Shown in pieces: positions 1 through 11,780 of a stretch of 64,000 nucleotides of DNA. Source of the stretch: Asterias rubens (Eukaryota); assembly GCF_902459465.1 (NCBI RefSeq), contig NC_047078.1, forward strand, positions 9,486,001-9,550,000, given 5' to 3'. Within the stretch, counting starts at the first letter, position 1. Every line of letters starts with the position of its first letter. A program made the position numbers and the translations under genes. The notes under the pieces are model-generated. The model worked only from the letters and a program-made list of their open reading frames with translations. It made no database searches and was not told the origin of the DNA.

Positions 1-803
1 TTACTTTTAGAAAGAGAACTTCCATTCTTGTTTTGTTTTAACAAATCAAATCTCACAGGTTACCGGTAAACTGGATATATGTGTTCTTACAATTAAATAA
101 CAAAATAGGCCTACAACAGGATTATACATACAAATATTTTACAGTAAGTTAAACATTAAACGAAAATATATAGCATTTAACCAAGACATTAAATAGTGAA
201 CATTGACAATAAAAAGAAGACCAACTCCACACAAGGTTTAAAAAGATAGGAATTAGGTAAAAGGACAAAAGCCAGATAAGAAAGATTTTTATAAAAAGGA
301 ACAGCATTTAGGTTTCATTAATTAAGAACATCTTTTAACAAGAATAGCAAAAATTGAACAATAATAAGAGACACAAAATATGGAGCTTCTATGTGCACAA
401 CAAAATATGAAAAAGTTACATTAAATATATGAGGCAATTTCAAACAAAACATAGAATGAACCAAAATAAAACAGAATCAGCTTGACGAATATAAAGAGGT
501 ACATGTAACTCATTAAAAGTGTCTTTATAATAAATTATGAGTTTTTTCAACAAGAAGAAAAATGAAGCATCGGGCATGGCAGTGCATGTTTTGGGAGGGG
601 AATTTAATGTTTCATACAAAAGGTCATGTGTGGGTACTCCTAGAACTATGAGGTTTGCTCCCTGCTAGCGTTTGTTTGTAGGGACGACAGCGGAACGAAC
701 CTCTCAGAGTTCAAGGAGTAATGCTTGGTAACAGTTGTTATTTTAGCCTTGTTTTGAGGGGTAATAAACTTTTTTAAGAGAAAAGGAACGTGTGTAAGTT
801 TAC

Positions 804-1493
804 CTCTTCGGTTTTTGGCAAGAAGTCTCTCATGCTCTGACGGCGTCGATTGGCGGCCTCCCTGATGCTGACAGATTCATGCTGGGGGCGGGCGTGTCCC
901 AAGAAGGCGCATTCCAGACAGATCAACTCGCTGCATGTCTCACAGAAGCAGCGGATCTTCTCGCCTGGATGATTCTCACACTCTGGTGCCTTCTTACGGG
1001 CCGGACTCTTCAACTCAATCTTCCCGGTTCGAAGCTCGTCCAACGTTGCGATGGAATGATTCTTGATCATGGCGAAACGCTTGTGGGCCTCGACGCACCC
1101 TTGACACAGGAAGTGATCGCAGTCCATACATCTCGCGATGGCTTCTTTATTCTCATCACACCCGCCGCACTCCAACTTCTTACCCTTAGCACCGAGTAGC
1201 TGATCGTGCAGAACCATCTCCTCGACAACTCCGCTCAAGTGAAGGTTAGACTTCAACCCAGTGATCCCGCCGATTGGCAATTCCGTCTCGTCGCTGCACA
1301 CCGGACACGGGATCCGCGTATTCTTGGGATACTTCATGTTGCGGTATTTCACGAGGCAATCTTCGCAGAAGGTATGGACGCAGTCCATGATTTTGGGCTT
1401 GAAGTAGAAGTTTTGGCAGAGGCCACATTTCAGCGACTCTTTGCTGATTTTGTTCAGCACGGTGCTGGCGGCGTTTTTAAACATCGCAGTCAT
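804..1493 (-). CDS. Tripartite-motif (TRIM/RBCC) E3 ubiquitin ligase, first coding exon (RING + B-box1 + B-box2 + start of coiled-coil); gene continues beyond the window's left edge
   Basis: Translation has a C3HC4 RING (CGLC...CVHTFCEDC...CPVC), B-box1 (CGGC...RCMDCDHFLCQGCVEAHKR) and B-box2 (CENH...FCETCSELICLEC...H...H). Acceptor ttcccgaccacAG lies at 1519-1520 (exon starts 1518, ATG at 1493) and donor GAG|GTAAAC at 803/804, so the ORF-track tail VNLHTFLFS is intronic. Subfamily (TRIM2/3/45/56/71-like) cannot be assigned without the C-terminus. Confidence 0.92.
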
Positions 1494-1630
1494 CTTGGCA
1501 GATGGTTTCTACGCAAATCTGTGGTCGGGAAAAACACAAGTAAAGAATACATAGAACTGGTTATCAATCATATTGATTCATTTCAATCCGGACTCCTATT
1601 GCCCAATAATATTGACTATAGACTTCAACT

Positions 1631-1768
1631 TGGCCCAATTCCATAAAGCTGTTAAGCAGAAAAAAACTGCTTGACAAAATAATTTGTTTGCTAAGCAAAC
1701 ACCAGTCACAGCATGAAAACTTCTGGCTACCAACCTTTTTCTGTGCTTTACAGGCAAATTGGGCCCTG
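1631..1768. mobile_element. MITE family B (TIR GGCCCAATTTCATAGAGCTG(C/T)TAAGCA), short copy
   Basis: ggcccaattccataaagctgttaagcag...caaattgggccctg. Related copies at about 13325-13372, 16572-16950, 25767-26309, 36330-36590, 37470-37660, 39821-40000, 43800-43900, 48791-48860, 50017-50202, 53780-53920, 54175-54340 and 54671-54860. A CTG target duplication is visible at 25764/26310; 3-bp TSDs suggest PIF/Harbinger. Confidence 0.7.
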
Positions 1769-3303
1769 AAATTCTTCCACCCAGATAAATTAACTACTTT
1801 TATGTGAACAAGAATCAGAACAACAAATTAACATCTCAAAAATGCTAAGTCATTGTTGCCCATTTTGATTTGCAGCTATCAATGATCAAAAAAGGTATTG
1901 ATTTGATAATTAGAAATATTTCTGAATCCTGCCACCACTTTTTCACTCATTTTGATTTGACAATATCTCACTATATATAATGATAAACCATGAAACACTA
2001 TATTATTTCATAACGAATACAAAAGTGGTGGCAGGATACATACATTCTTCCTAAAACGGCCCAACCCTTGTCAATGCATTATATCGTGCTAATTTGTTGG
2101 TGACCGCATCAAATTACAAAATACACAACTCGACCATCTGCCAGCGCAACTTTGGTCCCTGGCAACGCCTCGCCCAGCGGGCCAGCAGGAGAGCATACAA
2201 CCCGTACCACACGTTTCACTAAAATTAAAACATCACTGATAAAAAGACGGTAAAATGCATCCTTTATTCACAAATTATACAACAACATACCACTGATAAA
2301 GACTCTCCTTGCTTCCTAATCAACTCCTATTGCGAATAATTAGCTTGTTACTCAACAGAAAACCCTCAAAACATGGGTATTTCGTAGTGAGATTCGGCAA
2401 AAATAGTCAGTAATGACGCGCTGACAAAACACCACGATCTACACCTGTTATTTTTTTAATTATGCTGTGCTAACCACGCATGCGTAAGGTATAACAAAAA
2501 ACCACAGCCTGTGTACACAAATCGTCATTGAATGAATGGAATTTTAGGAATGTGCAAGTGCCACTATGCCTTTTTGTTTGTGACCTTTGGACAAGCTCAA
2601 ATCCTTTGGGCATTACTGGCATTTTTAGGGTGGGTTTAAAAAAATATATTATTGAAATACGATTATTTTTACGTGAGGGCTTGTTTGCGAATAGTTAATT
2701 TTAATTAATAGCTGGAATATTCAAATATTCCAGCTATTAATTTGGTGGAATTGAAGCGCACTGCGACCGACGGAAACTACTGCCGTAGAGATTATTTTTT
2801 CAAATTCGAACCTATTTTTTTTTAAGGAAACACTTTGTGTACGTCGTGCATGTAGGCCTATACCATGTATAATGTAGGCCTGTAGGTATATCGTGTGAAT
2901 TTTCAAAAAAGGCAACAATAATTTGGATGTCATAAAAGTTTTAAAATTTCAAAAAACGGTGAGAATGGAGCCGGACTGAGACAAACTCCCGGCCCGCGAA
3001 ACGCGTAAACAATAAATGTTATCAACAAATATTTTATAAATAACAAATATATATTGATTTATTGTCCAAACCAACAGCGGACAGACCACCAAATTATTAC
3101 AGGAAAGGTAATAAAAGAATAACTTCACCTTTAAATTAACAATAAAACTAATACCTAGTTATCTCCCAGGTACGCGCTTCGCTTCTTTTTCCAAAAGTTG
3201 ACTTTGAACTATGTTTATCTTTTTCATCTAGTTCTTCAAATAGTGTACAAAATTGAGCACATCGCTTCCGATGTCTGATTGCCTCTATGGTTGATGATAG
3301 CTA

Positions 3304-3877
3304 TTAAAGGCACAGTATGTACACGTTTGATAATGCACCCTTCCCATGAAATATGCTAATCCCATTCACGCATAAAAAATACAGACCCTGTTGGTTGGCA
3401 AACGCCATAGAGTTGTGCACTAAGCAGACGCGCAATCGCGTCTGCGTCACGCACCCATTAGCCGTGTACAAAACAGCGCGATGTTTCCTCATTTTGCCAA
3501 CCAAAACGTTAGTGCGCACGCGCTACGTGCAATTTACATATTTCATGGGAAGGGTCCATTGTCAAAGACCACACCCCAACATGAATAAATGCAAACAAAA
3601 TAACAATACTGTAAAAAGATAATTGACTTGGTCATCATTTTTGCAAGAGAATAATGAATGAAAAAAACACCCTTGTTGCATTACTTTGTGGTGCTAAGAT
3701 GTGATAATAACTGGGTGAAGTCTTTTATTATTTTAGTGAGAAATTTCCTCTTTTTAAAAACTAAGTTTTACGGAGCTGTTTCCCACAATGTTTTATACTA
3801 CCAACAGCTCCCCATTGCTCCTTACAAAGTAACAATTATTTTGAATTAGTTACCAACACAGTGTCCAGTGCCTTTAA
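3304..3877. mobile_element. T2/Kolobok-type MITE (family A) carrying a nested palindromic MITE at 3332-3561
   Basis: TTAA-aggcac...gtgtccagtgcct-TTAA ends. The inner element has TIRs aatgcacccttcccatgaaatatg / catatttcatgggaagggtccatt. Confidence 0.7.
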
Positions 3878-4904
3878 ATTTATAACGGTACTACAGTGCA
3901 ATGTGGCAACGCGGTCCAAACTCATTGTCCAAAAGGTCCAAAGTAAATTTTGCCCTGTGTCTGGAATAAAACACGAATTCACATCTGTTCTTTTAAATTC
4001 TTGATGTAACAATCGTGTTTTCCAGCCCCCATTCAAATGTCCAAAACTGCATGCTCCATCTATACATAAAGTTATGGCCCACTTAACCGATTATAAATGT
4101 TACGTATGCGAGTTATTAGAAGTTATTCATAATTTTGTGGTTTGAGGCAGCGGCAAGCCTATATAGGAACTTCACGGTGGAATTCATGAACTTTGAACAG
4201 CAGACGTTATGCAAATACTTCGTTGGTGTCCTGCAGGAACACAACATTTGTAAATGCATTAGATAACGATTATAATGCTTAAGTTTATACTTTTCATTTT
4301 CTATTTAATTTGACTTTACCCAGCCACCAAGCCCTCGGTCATTTACCGCAGGCCCAACCCACACCCATAAAACCTCACTTCACTAAGTCAAACTACAGTT
4401 TGTTTGTATGGCAAAACAGAAGTTAGTGGGGCGCAAGTTGGAACAATTAACTTCATGGAATGTGTTAACTAGTTTCTGTAGAACAAGATTTGTCTGTGCT
4501 TCAAGTTGTTATGCTTATACAATACGGGCTTTTTGTGGGTCATGAGAGTTTTGGGTATAGAGAGGTATACAGTCGCTGTTGTATGGTGTAGGCCTATCTT
4601 CATTTTTTAGTTTGGCTCTAGACATAAAGCATTTTAGTAAATCTTATTTATTGATAACAAAGTTTAATGATAGCAATGTTTGCTATTTCAATGTGTATAA
4701 TGATATGATACAGGGCCTGTATTATATGTAAGCAAAACACGTAAGTCGCTTAAGCCATTTTGATATTACACACTCTGGATAGCCTAATCCGGTCGCCATT
4801 CCAGAGCTGTCACCGCACCCGGAATACTGGTTTTTAAAAGCATGAGTTTAACTTGGATGCTGCGTCGGTTTGACAATGATTGAACATTATTCCTGGTCAC
4901 ACAC

Positions 4905-5045
4905 AGACCCATCACATAGATTTTACAAAGAGTTAGGACTAGTCGTAACTTAGGTCAGGTATAGTCTAGGAAATATTTAAAACTTTAGCTAGTCCTCAGT
5001 AAGGATGAGTTCGAGATAGTCTTAACTCTATGTGAAATCCACCCC
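4905..5045. mobile_element. MITE family C (TIR GGGTCGATTTCACAAAGAG / CCGTCGATTTCAC; internal TAGGACT/AGTCCTAA repeats)
   Basis: Same family at 22025-22170, 24196-24351, 53612-53781 and a tandem pair at 58280-58511. CWG target duplications are seen at 24193/24352 and 58277/58379. Confidence 0.7.
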
Positions 5046-5630
5046 GTGCCCCCTAAAATCCCGAACCGGATTAATTTTCACTGTGAATATCACTGCAACT
5101 TCCTTCACCTACCCTACTGCAAGGAGGCCATAACTCCCGTTTACTCCCAAAATAAAATGGCGGTTGACACTTTGATCCTATCAAGATTTTGAAATCTCAT
5201 TCCCATTCAAACTATATCTGGTGTTCATGAACACTCATTGTAGGTTGTGGAATGCTCGAGGCCATTTGAAAATCTCTATTGTCAGTCAAATTTCGTTTCA
5301 CAAAAGGCTTTATCAAACCCGGAATAACACGTCCCCAGACCGAGTCAATAAAAGACTGCTTGGGAAGCGAGTTGCATACCGTTCGAATAGTCAATAGAGT
5401 ACACAGAACAGCCGGAAATGTCACCTCATGTATAGGTCAAACAGTATTATTCCTCAACTCAAAAATAGAAAAAGCAAAACATAACATAATTTCTCTGAGG
5501 CAACACTCCTTGCAAAATAAATTTTCTCCGACTTTTCCACACTTAAAAAAGTTACTTCTCAATATTGCAAAGTCTCGAGGCAAAGTATACATGGTGTACA
5601 CCATTTTGTTGTTGCAACCGTTTGACTGTA

Positions 5631-6023
5631 AAAAGGCAGTGTACACTATTGGTAATTACTCAAAATAATTATCAGCATACAACCTCACTTGGTAACGAGT
5701 AATGGGGAGAGGTTGACAGTATAAAACATTGTAAGAAACAGCTCTCTCTGAAGTGACGTAGTTGTCGAGAAAGAAGTAATTTTGCACGAATTGGATTTCG
5801 AGACCTCAAGTTTAGAATTTGAGGTCTCGAAATCAAGCATATCAGAAAGCACACAACCTCGTGTGAGAAGGGCGTTTTGTTTTCTTTCATTATTATCTGA
5901 CTTGCAACTTCGACGACCGATTGATTCAACTTTTCACAGGTTTGTAGTTGGATGCATATGTTGAGATACGCCAAGAGAGAAGACTGGTCTTTGACAATTG
6001 CCATTAGTGTCCACTGTCTTTAA
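5631..6023. mobile_element. T2/Kolobok-type MITE (family A)
   Basis: TIR AAAGGCAGTGGACACTATTGGTAATT and internal hairpin GATTTCGAGACCTCAA-loop-TTGAGGTCTCGAAATC. TTAA flanks with AGG termini are the hallmark of T2-family (Kolobok) MITEs. Confidence 0.8.
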
Positions 6024-8980
6024 TGCGGATATTATAATAAAAGGTTTTTATACTATGAAAATTTCATTCAACATGTGCCGTGCGTTTATGGAGGATATCA
6101 CCAAAAATCTCGAGCAGTTTAATACGTCCAATGAGGAAGTAATCGGAGCACACAATCTGATAATCATATCTGACAGCAAATGTTTCTAAGATTCAAACTA
6201 AATTATTCAAACTAATTATCGGCTCAATGCACAAGCTTGCTCTGGTAACCATAACCTTGCTTCTACTATATGGGTCCCTCCACAGTTTCATGAATGTCCA
6301 TGCAATATTATTCATGAAATTACCTGATCAAACATATTAACTTGTTTTTTAAGTTCCAATTTACATTTGATTTAATTTGTTTGATTAAACTGTTTGATTG
6401 GTTGATTGATTGATCGATTGATTGATTGAATGATTCGATATCATTTTCCATAACCAGAGAACTTCAAAGTGCAACGATTGTTAAAATGTTTTAATACCAT
6501 TGAAAGCTGATGTGTATATAGTTTTCCCTTTAAAGTATTTGATATAAAAAAAAAAATTATAATCTGGATGGTCTCTATACGAACGTAAGACAGGTAGTTC
6601 AACTTCTTTACGCATCTACAAGTTAGTTCAAAACACAATTCAGCTGGCAGGTATTGTACGAGGGCAGTGAGACTAAAAGGGTCAAATCGACATAATCAGA
6701 TGGCAATCCATCAATAGAACAGTTTATTTGATTTATGCTCAACAGCTTTTCCAGATGCTTCTGGGTTGATGAACAAAGCGAGACTAGTACCGAGGGAGAG
6801 GAGAACAGGACCCAATGTCAAGGCCGTCTGTCAGCCCCAATTGCCCGTTGGTCCCCTGACGGGAACCAGGAGGTTGGACTCGTATTACCTCTCAAAAAAA
6901 CAAGGATATTTTTCAGGGTTTGGTTTTTGGACATTCCTAAATCTTGACTGCGTTTTAATGCACCCTAAGTGCACAAAAGTGTGAAATCAAAATATATTAT
7001 TTCAAACCAAATAAGTACATGAATTGCGCCCACCATTCAACCCATTAATGGCCACTTTTGTTTCTGAAGTGTGCATCAGTATAATTTTCATTCGTTTCAA
7101 ATGTGCAAAAATTTTGTGGGAATAGTAAAATTATTCCGAATTATTTTTTCTTCGATATTTTTATGTTTCAAACGTTTGTGTTTTTGGAAAAAAAACTCCC
7201 CTTGATTGTACAATTTTACAAAACATGGGCCTGGACACGTTTGCTAATTATACTCAGTCAAAACAAAGGGCTATTTATAGCATACAAACTTGGTAACGAG
7301 AAACGGAGAGCTGTTGACACAATGGTAAACGGCTCCCTCTGAAGTATCAGAATTTTTGAGGAACATGCAATTTCTCAGTCAAATTTGAGTCGAGAAAGAC
7401 TTCAGGCCTATAGACTTTCTCAGGCATCTGAAAACACACACATAATTTTATTGCAGCAAGGTTTTCATGCATTCCCATTGCAACTTCGATGACAAATAAA
7501 CACATAGTCAGATTTACGTCATCAACCGTCATAATAAAACAACCCACATTATTTCTCGGCGCACAATGCATTTCGCTTAGATCATAATTAGCATTCATAT
7601 TATTATTATGAGTCAATAACTCTGTATACAACAGTCATATCAAAGGAATGTGAACTGATTTATATAATAGTTCGTTCTCAATGAAGTATGACTGATGGAC
7701 TGATCATGACAGCACAGTGTTATGAAAATATTAGCAGCAGTCGATTTTTCATTGTAATAATAATAATACCATATTGATTCAGAACAAACAGTCCATTCAA
7801 AAAATGATAATAAAAGAAAAGCAACCTTGGCCTAAATGTGTATGAGTAGGTCTGACAGAAACCTACGGTGATCCTGAAAGGACACGGCAAACATGTGTAC
7901 TTTGCGTTCATGAACTTGTTTGACTGAAATTCAATACACCACGTTCGGAATTGAAGATGGTCTGCCTTCTTCTTAGACGTCAATATATCACAGGAATGTT
8001 TTTACACTAAACACACGCTCAGGTCAAATATAATGGGAGGAGAGTGGTTTTTGTTTTCCCCATGGGATCAAACTTGAATCAGCCACATCAAACTCCGAAA
8101 TTGTTTTGGTTTTTTTGCTTTGTTTTGCTTGTAATCGACTTGAGGAATACCTCATCAAAATTGTAATGATAGATATTTTTACACTGGATTTGCAAAAAAA
8201 AATAGTGATTTGTTTTTAAACAATATTTGTAAAGTGGATGCAATCTAGATTAAAATGGTTTGCATTACTTTTAACTTATTATCCCAAGGTGTACAATTTT
8301 GATTTGTCATTTTTTTTTCTTTCATCTTCATCTTCAGTTCAAAATCTATGGCAAGTAGTATAACGGCAAATTATCTTCAAAAGTTCGTTCGCAATTATTT
8401 CTTTGAACGTGCTTGGACAACACACATTCCCTCGTGCACGGTGGGAAATATTTCCGGCGTATCCTGCCTGGCACCACTTTTTCACTCATTTTTACAAAAG
8501 GAACATCTCATTTTGGGTAAATTAAATACTGCCTTGTTCCACCGAATGAAAAAGTGGTGACGGCAACCTTTGTCTAGTTTTCACATTTTTTTTCAAAATT
8601 TTAGCTGAAATGGTTTTAGCTTACCATGGAGGTAGAAATACAATAAAAACCAATGAATTTAGATATTACAGATAATGTAATAAATATAGTTTGGATAGTC
8701 AATCAGGAAGTTATACACAGCGGTTATTGGCAATTGTCAACCCGTGGATTACTTCAATGTTGAGTTACACCAATAAAGTAATATTCAACAAATTGATCAA
8801 TCAATCAAAGATCAAACCATGGACCTTTTAAGCTCCGTGATCAAATTTCAAATATTTGTTTTAAGAACTTGCCACGCTAGAGTGGATACACTCACTATTG
8901 CACGTCCCCACCCTGTGACAAAATGCACCCATCAAAAGTACCGACCACACACCAAGTAAAACTAATTTCAGGACATTTAC

Positions 8981-9250
8981 CTTCACTATCCGCAGTTAAC
9001 GTATGAACAACCACCGGATAACTTACGATACAATAAGCTATACAAAACAACACTTACCTTTCAAGAAATATTCCGGATTCCAATATTCCACCCAAACCAG
9101 CACTTTGTAATTGGAAAGGGGAGCACTTTATTCCTGTGTCAACCAGTACAAATCAGACACACTTTGCAAGGCAGGGACATACACACACTGAGCCAATACA
9201 TGTACACCAACGGTAACGCTCTTTTTCAAAGGACGCGAGTCTATGAATGG
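8981..9250 (-). other. Putative non-coding 5'-UTR exon (probably of the TRIM gene) with three clustered splice donors
   Basis: Minus-strand donors AAG|GTAAGTG (9057), ATC|GTAAGT (9026) and AAG|GTAAAT (8980). The nearest downstream minus-strand acceptor of a known gene is TRIM at 1519. The upstream boundary is a guess. Confidence 0.3.
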
Positions 9251-9475
9251 GCGTATTCAAAAATAATGTTATTTTGTTAACGGCACGCTAGACTGGTTCG
9301 GTACTGACTCACTGTTATGCCGTGTGAGTCAAAGCACAGTGGCGGGGGTAAGACTGTAAACAAAAATGTGAAAATAATTTAGTGCATTGGACTTCGCTCG
9401 GTAAACGAGACTACATTGTTATTAATAGATAAATGACTGGTGATGTGCTCATGTAGCCCTGGGAAAACAGCTTGT

Positions 9476-9765
9476 TTAAAGGCACTGAACACTCTCGGTA
9501 ATCTTTACTCATGTTTAGCATTTCAGCTGAAGCCTAGTAGTAAAATATGCATCTGAAAGCACACAAAGTAATGCAACAAGTGTGTTATTTTATTAAATCT
9601 ATTGTAAACTCGATGACCAATTTGAGCCCAAGTTTTCACAGGTTTGTTGTTATGTTGAGATAAACCATGGGTGAATAAATTTGACTAATAATTTATTCCT
9701 CCATGGATACACCAAGTGAGAATACTGGTCTTTGACAAATTACCAAACTAGTTTAGTGCCTTTAA
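9476..9765. mobile_element. T2/Kolobok-type MITE (family A), internally deleted
   Basis: TTAA-aggcactgaacac ... gtttagtgcct-TTAA. Confidence 0.7.
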
Positions 9766-11082
9766 AGGGACTATCTCTTGTAGTCACTCTTATGAAAATG
9801 TTTAAAAGTAACTTTTCCCAAGTCAAGATATCAGTGATACTGATAGCCTATTGATCGGAATTCTCGCGTGGTCATGTTATTATGCATCCATAGCGTGTTT
9901 TTAATTCGTATAGTATTTTTTTTTATAAGCGACTTGCAACCAGCATGAAACGAAACCAACAATAAAACTAGGAATGTTGAAACCAAGCCGGGTTAACAGT
10001 AGTCATTGAAGCTACTTAACGGGCAAACAGACAAATAATACTGTGTTATTATTTTCTATTGTGCTGGTGTTTATCTGTACACTCGGTGATAAATATACGG
10101 GTTGCATTTATATGTTGGGTCTAATGTGCAGACTGATATCCTTTACTTGTTGTGCAAGTTAGTAAACGGAATTAAAATAACATCTATTTCATAGCTGTTT
10201 TATTTGAATAAATAATGTAACGGTAATTCATTAAACTGATAATAAATGCATTTAAATGCACTAGACACGTGTAATAATGTAAAAGACCAGTATTCTCACT
10301 TGGTGATCCGAGAGAGAATACTGGTTTTCACTAAAATGCTTGGGGCTCTTCACTTAATGCTAGTTGCTGTCTATACGTGCTTAATATCACCAGATAGAGT
10401 TTGCACAGTAGCATAAAAAAAATGATAGGCCTACTTAATACAGAATAATTTTATGCCTAAAGAAAAACTGCGGATGTTCTTTTGTTGGACATACATTTGT
10501 ATGCTTTCAGACGCTTATAGAAAGGATGCTTGAAGTATTTCAATATGTGTATGAGAAATCACCCTTTTGTCTAAATCTTAACTACGGGGAGGGTACGGAG
10601 CCGTTTTCCCAAATGTTTGATACTATCAACAGCTCTCCTTTGCTCGTTACCAACAAAAGTTTTCATGCTGACGATTTTTTAATAATTACCAAAAGTGCAC
10701 CACTTCTTTAATTGACGCTGTGCACAGAATACAGCAACCCCATCAACAACAGAATACTTTTAAATAGGTGTACAGCTTAAATATAATGTTATTCCTTTCA
10801 GCCTATACATTAAACATAATTTTATTCTCGTCAAATAAGACAAATAACGTCACTCATTGAATTTAATAACATGAAGAAAAAGAAACAACTCAAGAGTTGA
10901 GGTGTGCAACATATTATCATTAACTAGATGTGTTTATTTGTACAAAGATTATATAATGTGAATTCAATAGTTCCTGCTATTCATTCCAATGAGTCGATCA
11001 ATCAAAAATTGGCTTCTAACGGAAAAAACACCAGTAATGAATAAAATGCTACCCAAAGCTTTACAAAAATATACATAATACT

Positions 11083-11468
11083 TTAAAGGCAGTGGACACT
11101 ATTGGTAATTACTCAAAATAATTATTGGCATAAAACCTTTCTTGGTGACGAGTAATGGGGAGAGGTTGATGACATAAAAACATTGTGATAAACGGCTCCA
11201 TCTGAAGTGCCATAGTTTTCGAGAAAGAAGTAATTTTCCACGAATTTGATTTCAAGACCTCAGATTTAGAACTTGAGATCTCGAAATCGACCATCTAAAC
11301 GCACACAACTATGTGTGACAAGGGTTATTTTTCTTTAATTATTATCTCGCAACTTCGATGATCGATTGAGCTCAAATTTTCACAGGTTTGTTATTTTATG
11401 TATATGTTGAATACACCAACCGTGAAGGCTAGTCTTTGACAATTACCAATAGTGTCCACTGCCTTTAA
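11083..11468. mobile_element. T2/Kolobok-type MITE (family A), near-consensus full-length copy
   Basis: TTAA AGGCAGTGGACACTATTGGTAATT ... AATTACCAATAGTGTCCACTGCCT TTAA; about 386 bp. Confidence 0.88.
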
Positions 11469-11780
11469 GTCCAAAATATAATTTTTAGCACAGAAAAAGC
11501 ATCAAACTGTGTATATCTATTAGGCATAATTAGAATATATATTTCGTTTTTCTGCATTGAAGTATGTGTTTTGACGATTCGTTTGGTCTACTCTAGCTCA
11601 GCGGTCACTCAAAAGCCGATGCAAACCGCCCTGGCTGATGGTCCTGGTATGCTGCCTGAAAAGCATACAAAACAAAGACTGAAAGATGTAAACTTGTGGT
11701 TACCAGCCAAACCACGTGTACAGTTTATGACTGGTTTGTTAAGCAGAGTAGACATTTCTGTTGAGCAGTTTTATGAAATT

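Noticed and set aside
879-1646. Plus-strand ORFs of 106 and 146 aa
   Set aside because: Antisense shadows of the GC-richer TRIM exon; no recognisable motifs.
5672-6004. Recurrent ORF family (MKEKTP.SHEVVCFQMLDFETS...QREPFLTMFYTIN...; also 11109, 26159, 32227, 38654, 43283, 49010, 52178, 61751)
   Set aside because: All lie inside family A MITE copies with variable frameshifts and stops. They are open only because the repeat consensus is; no transposase motifs.
6735-6984. GC-richer exon-like patch with two short ORFs
   Set aside because: No recognisable protein motif and no gene context on the plus strand; probably a decayed repeat.
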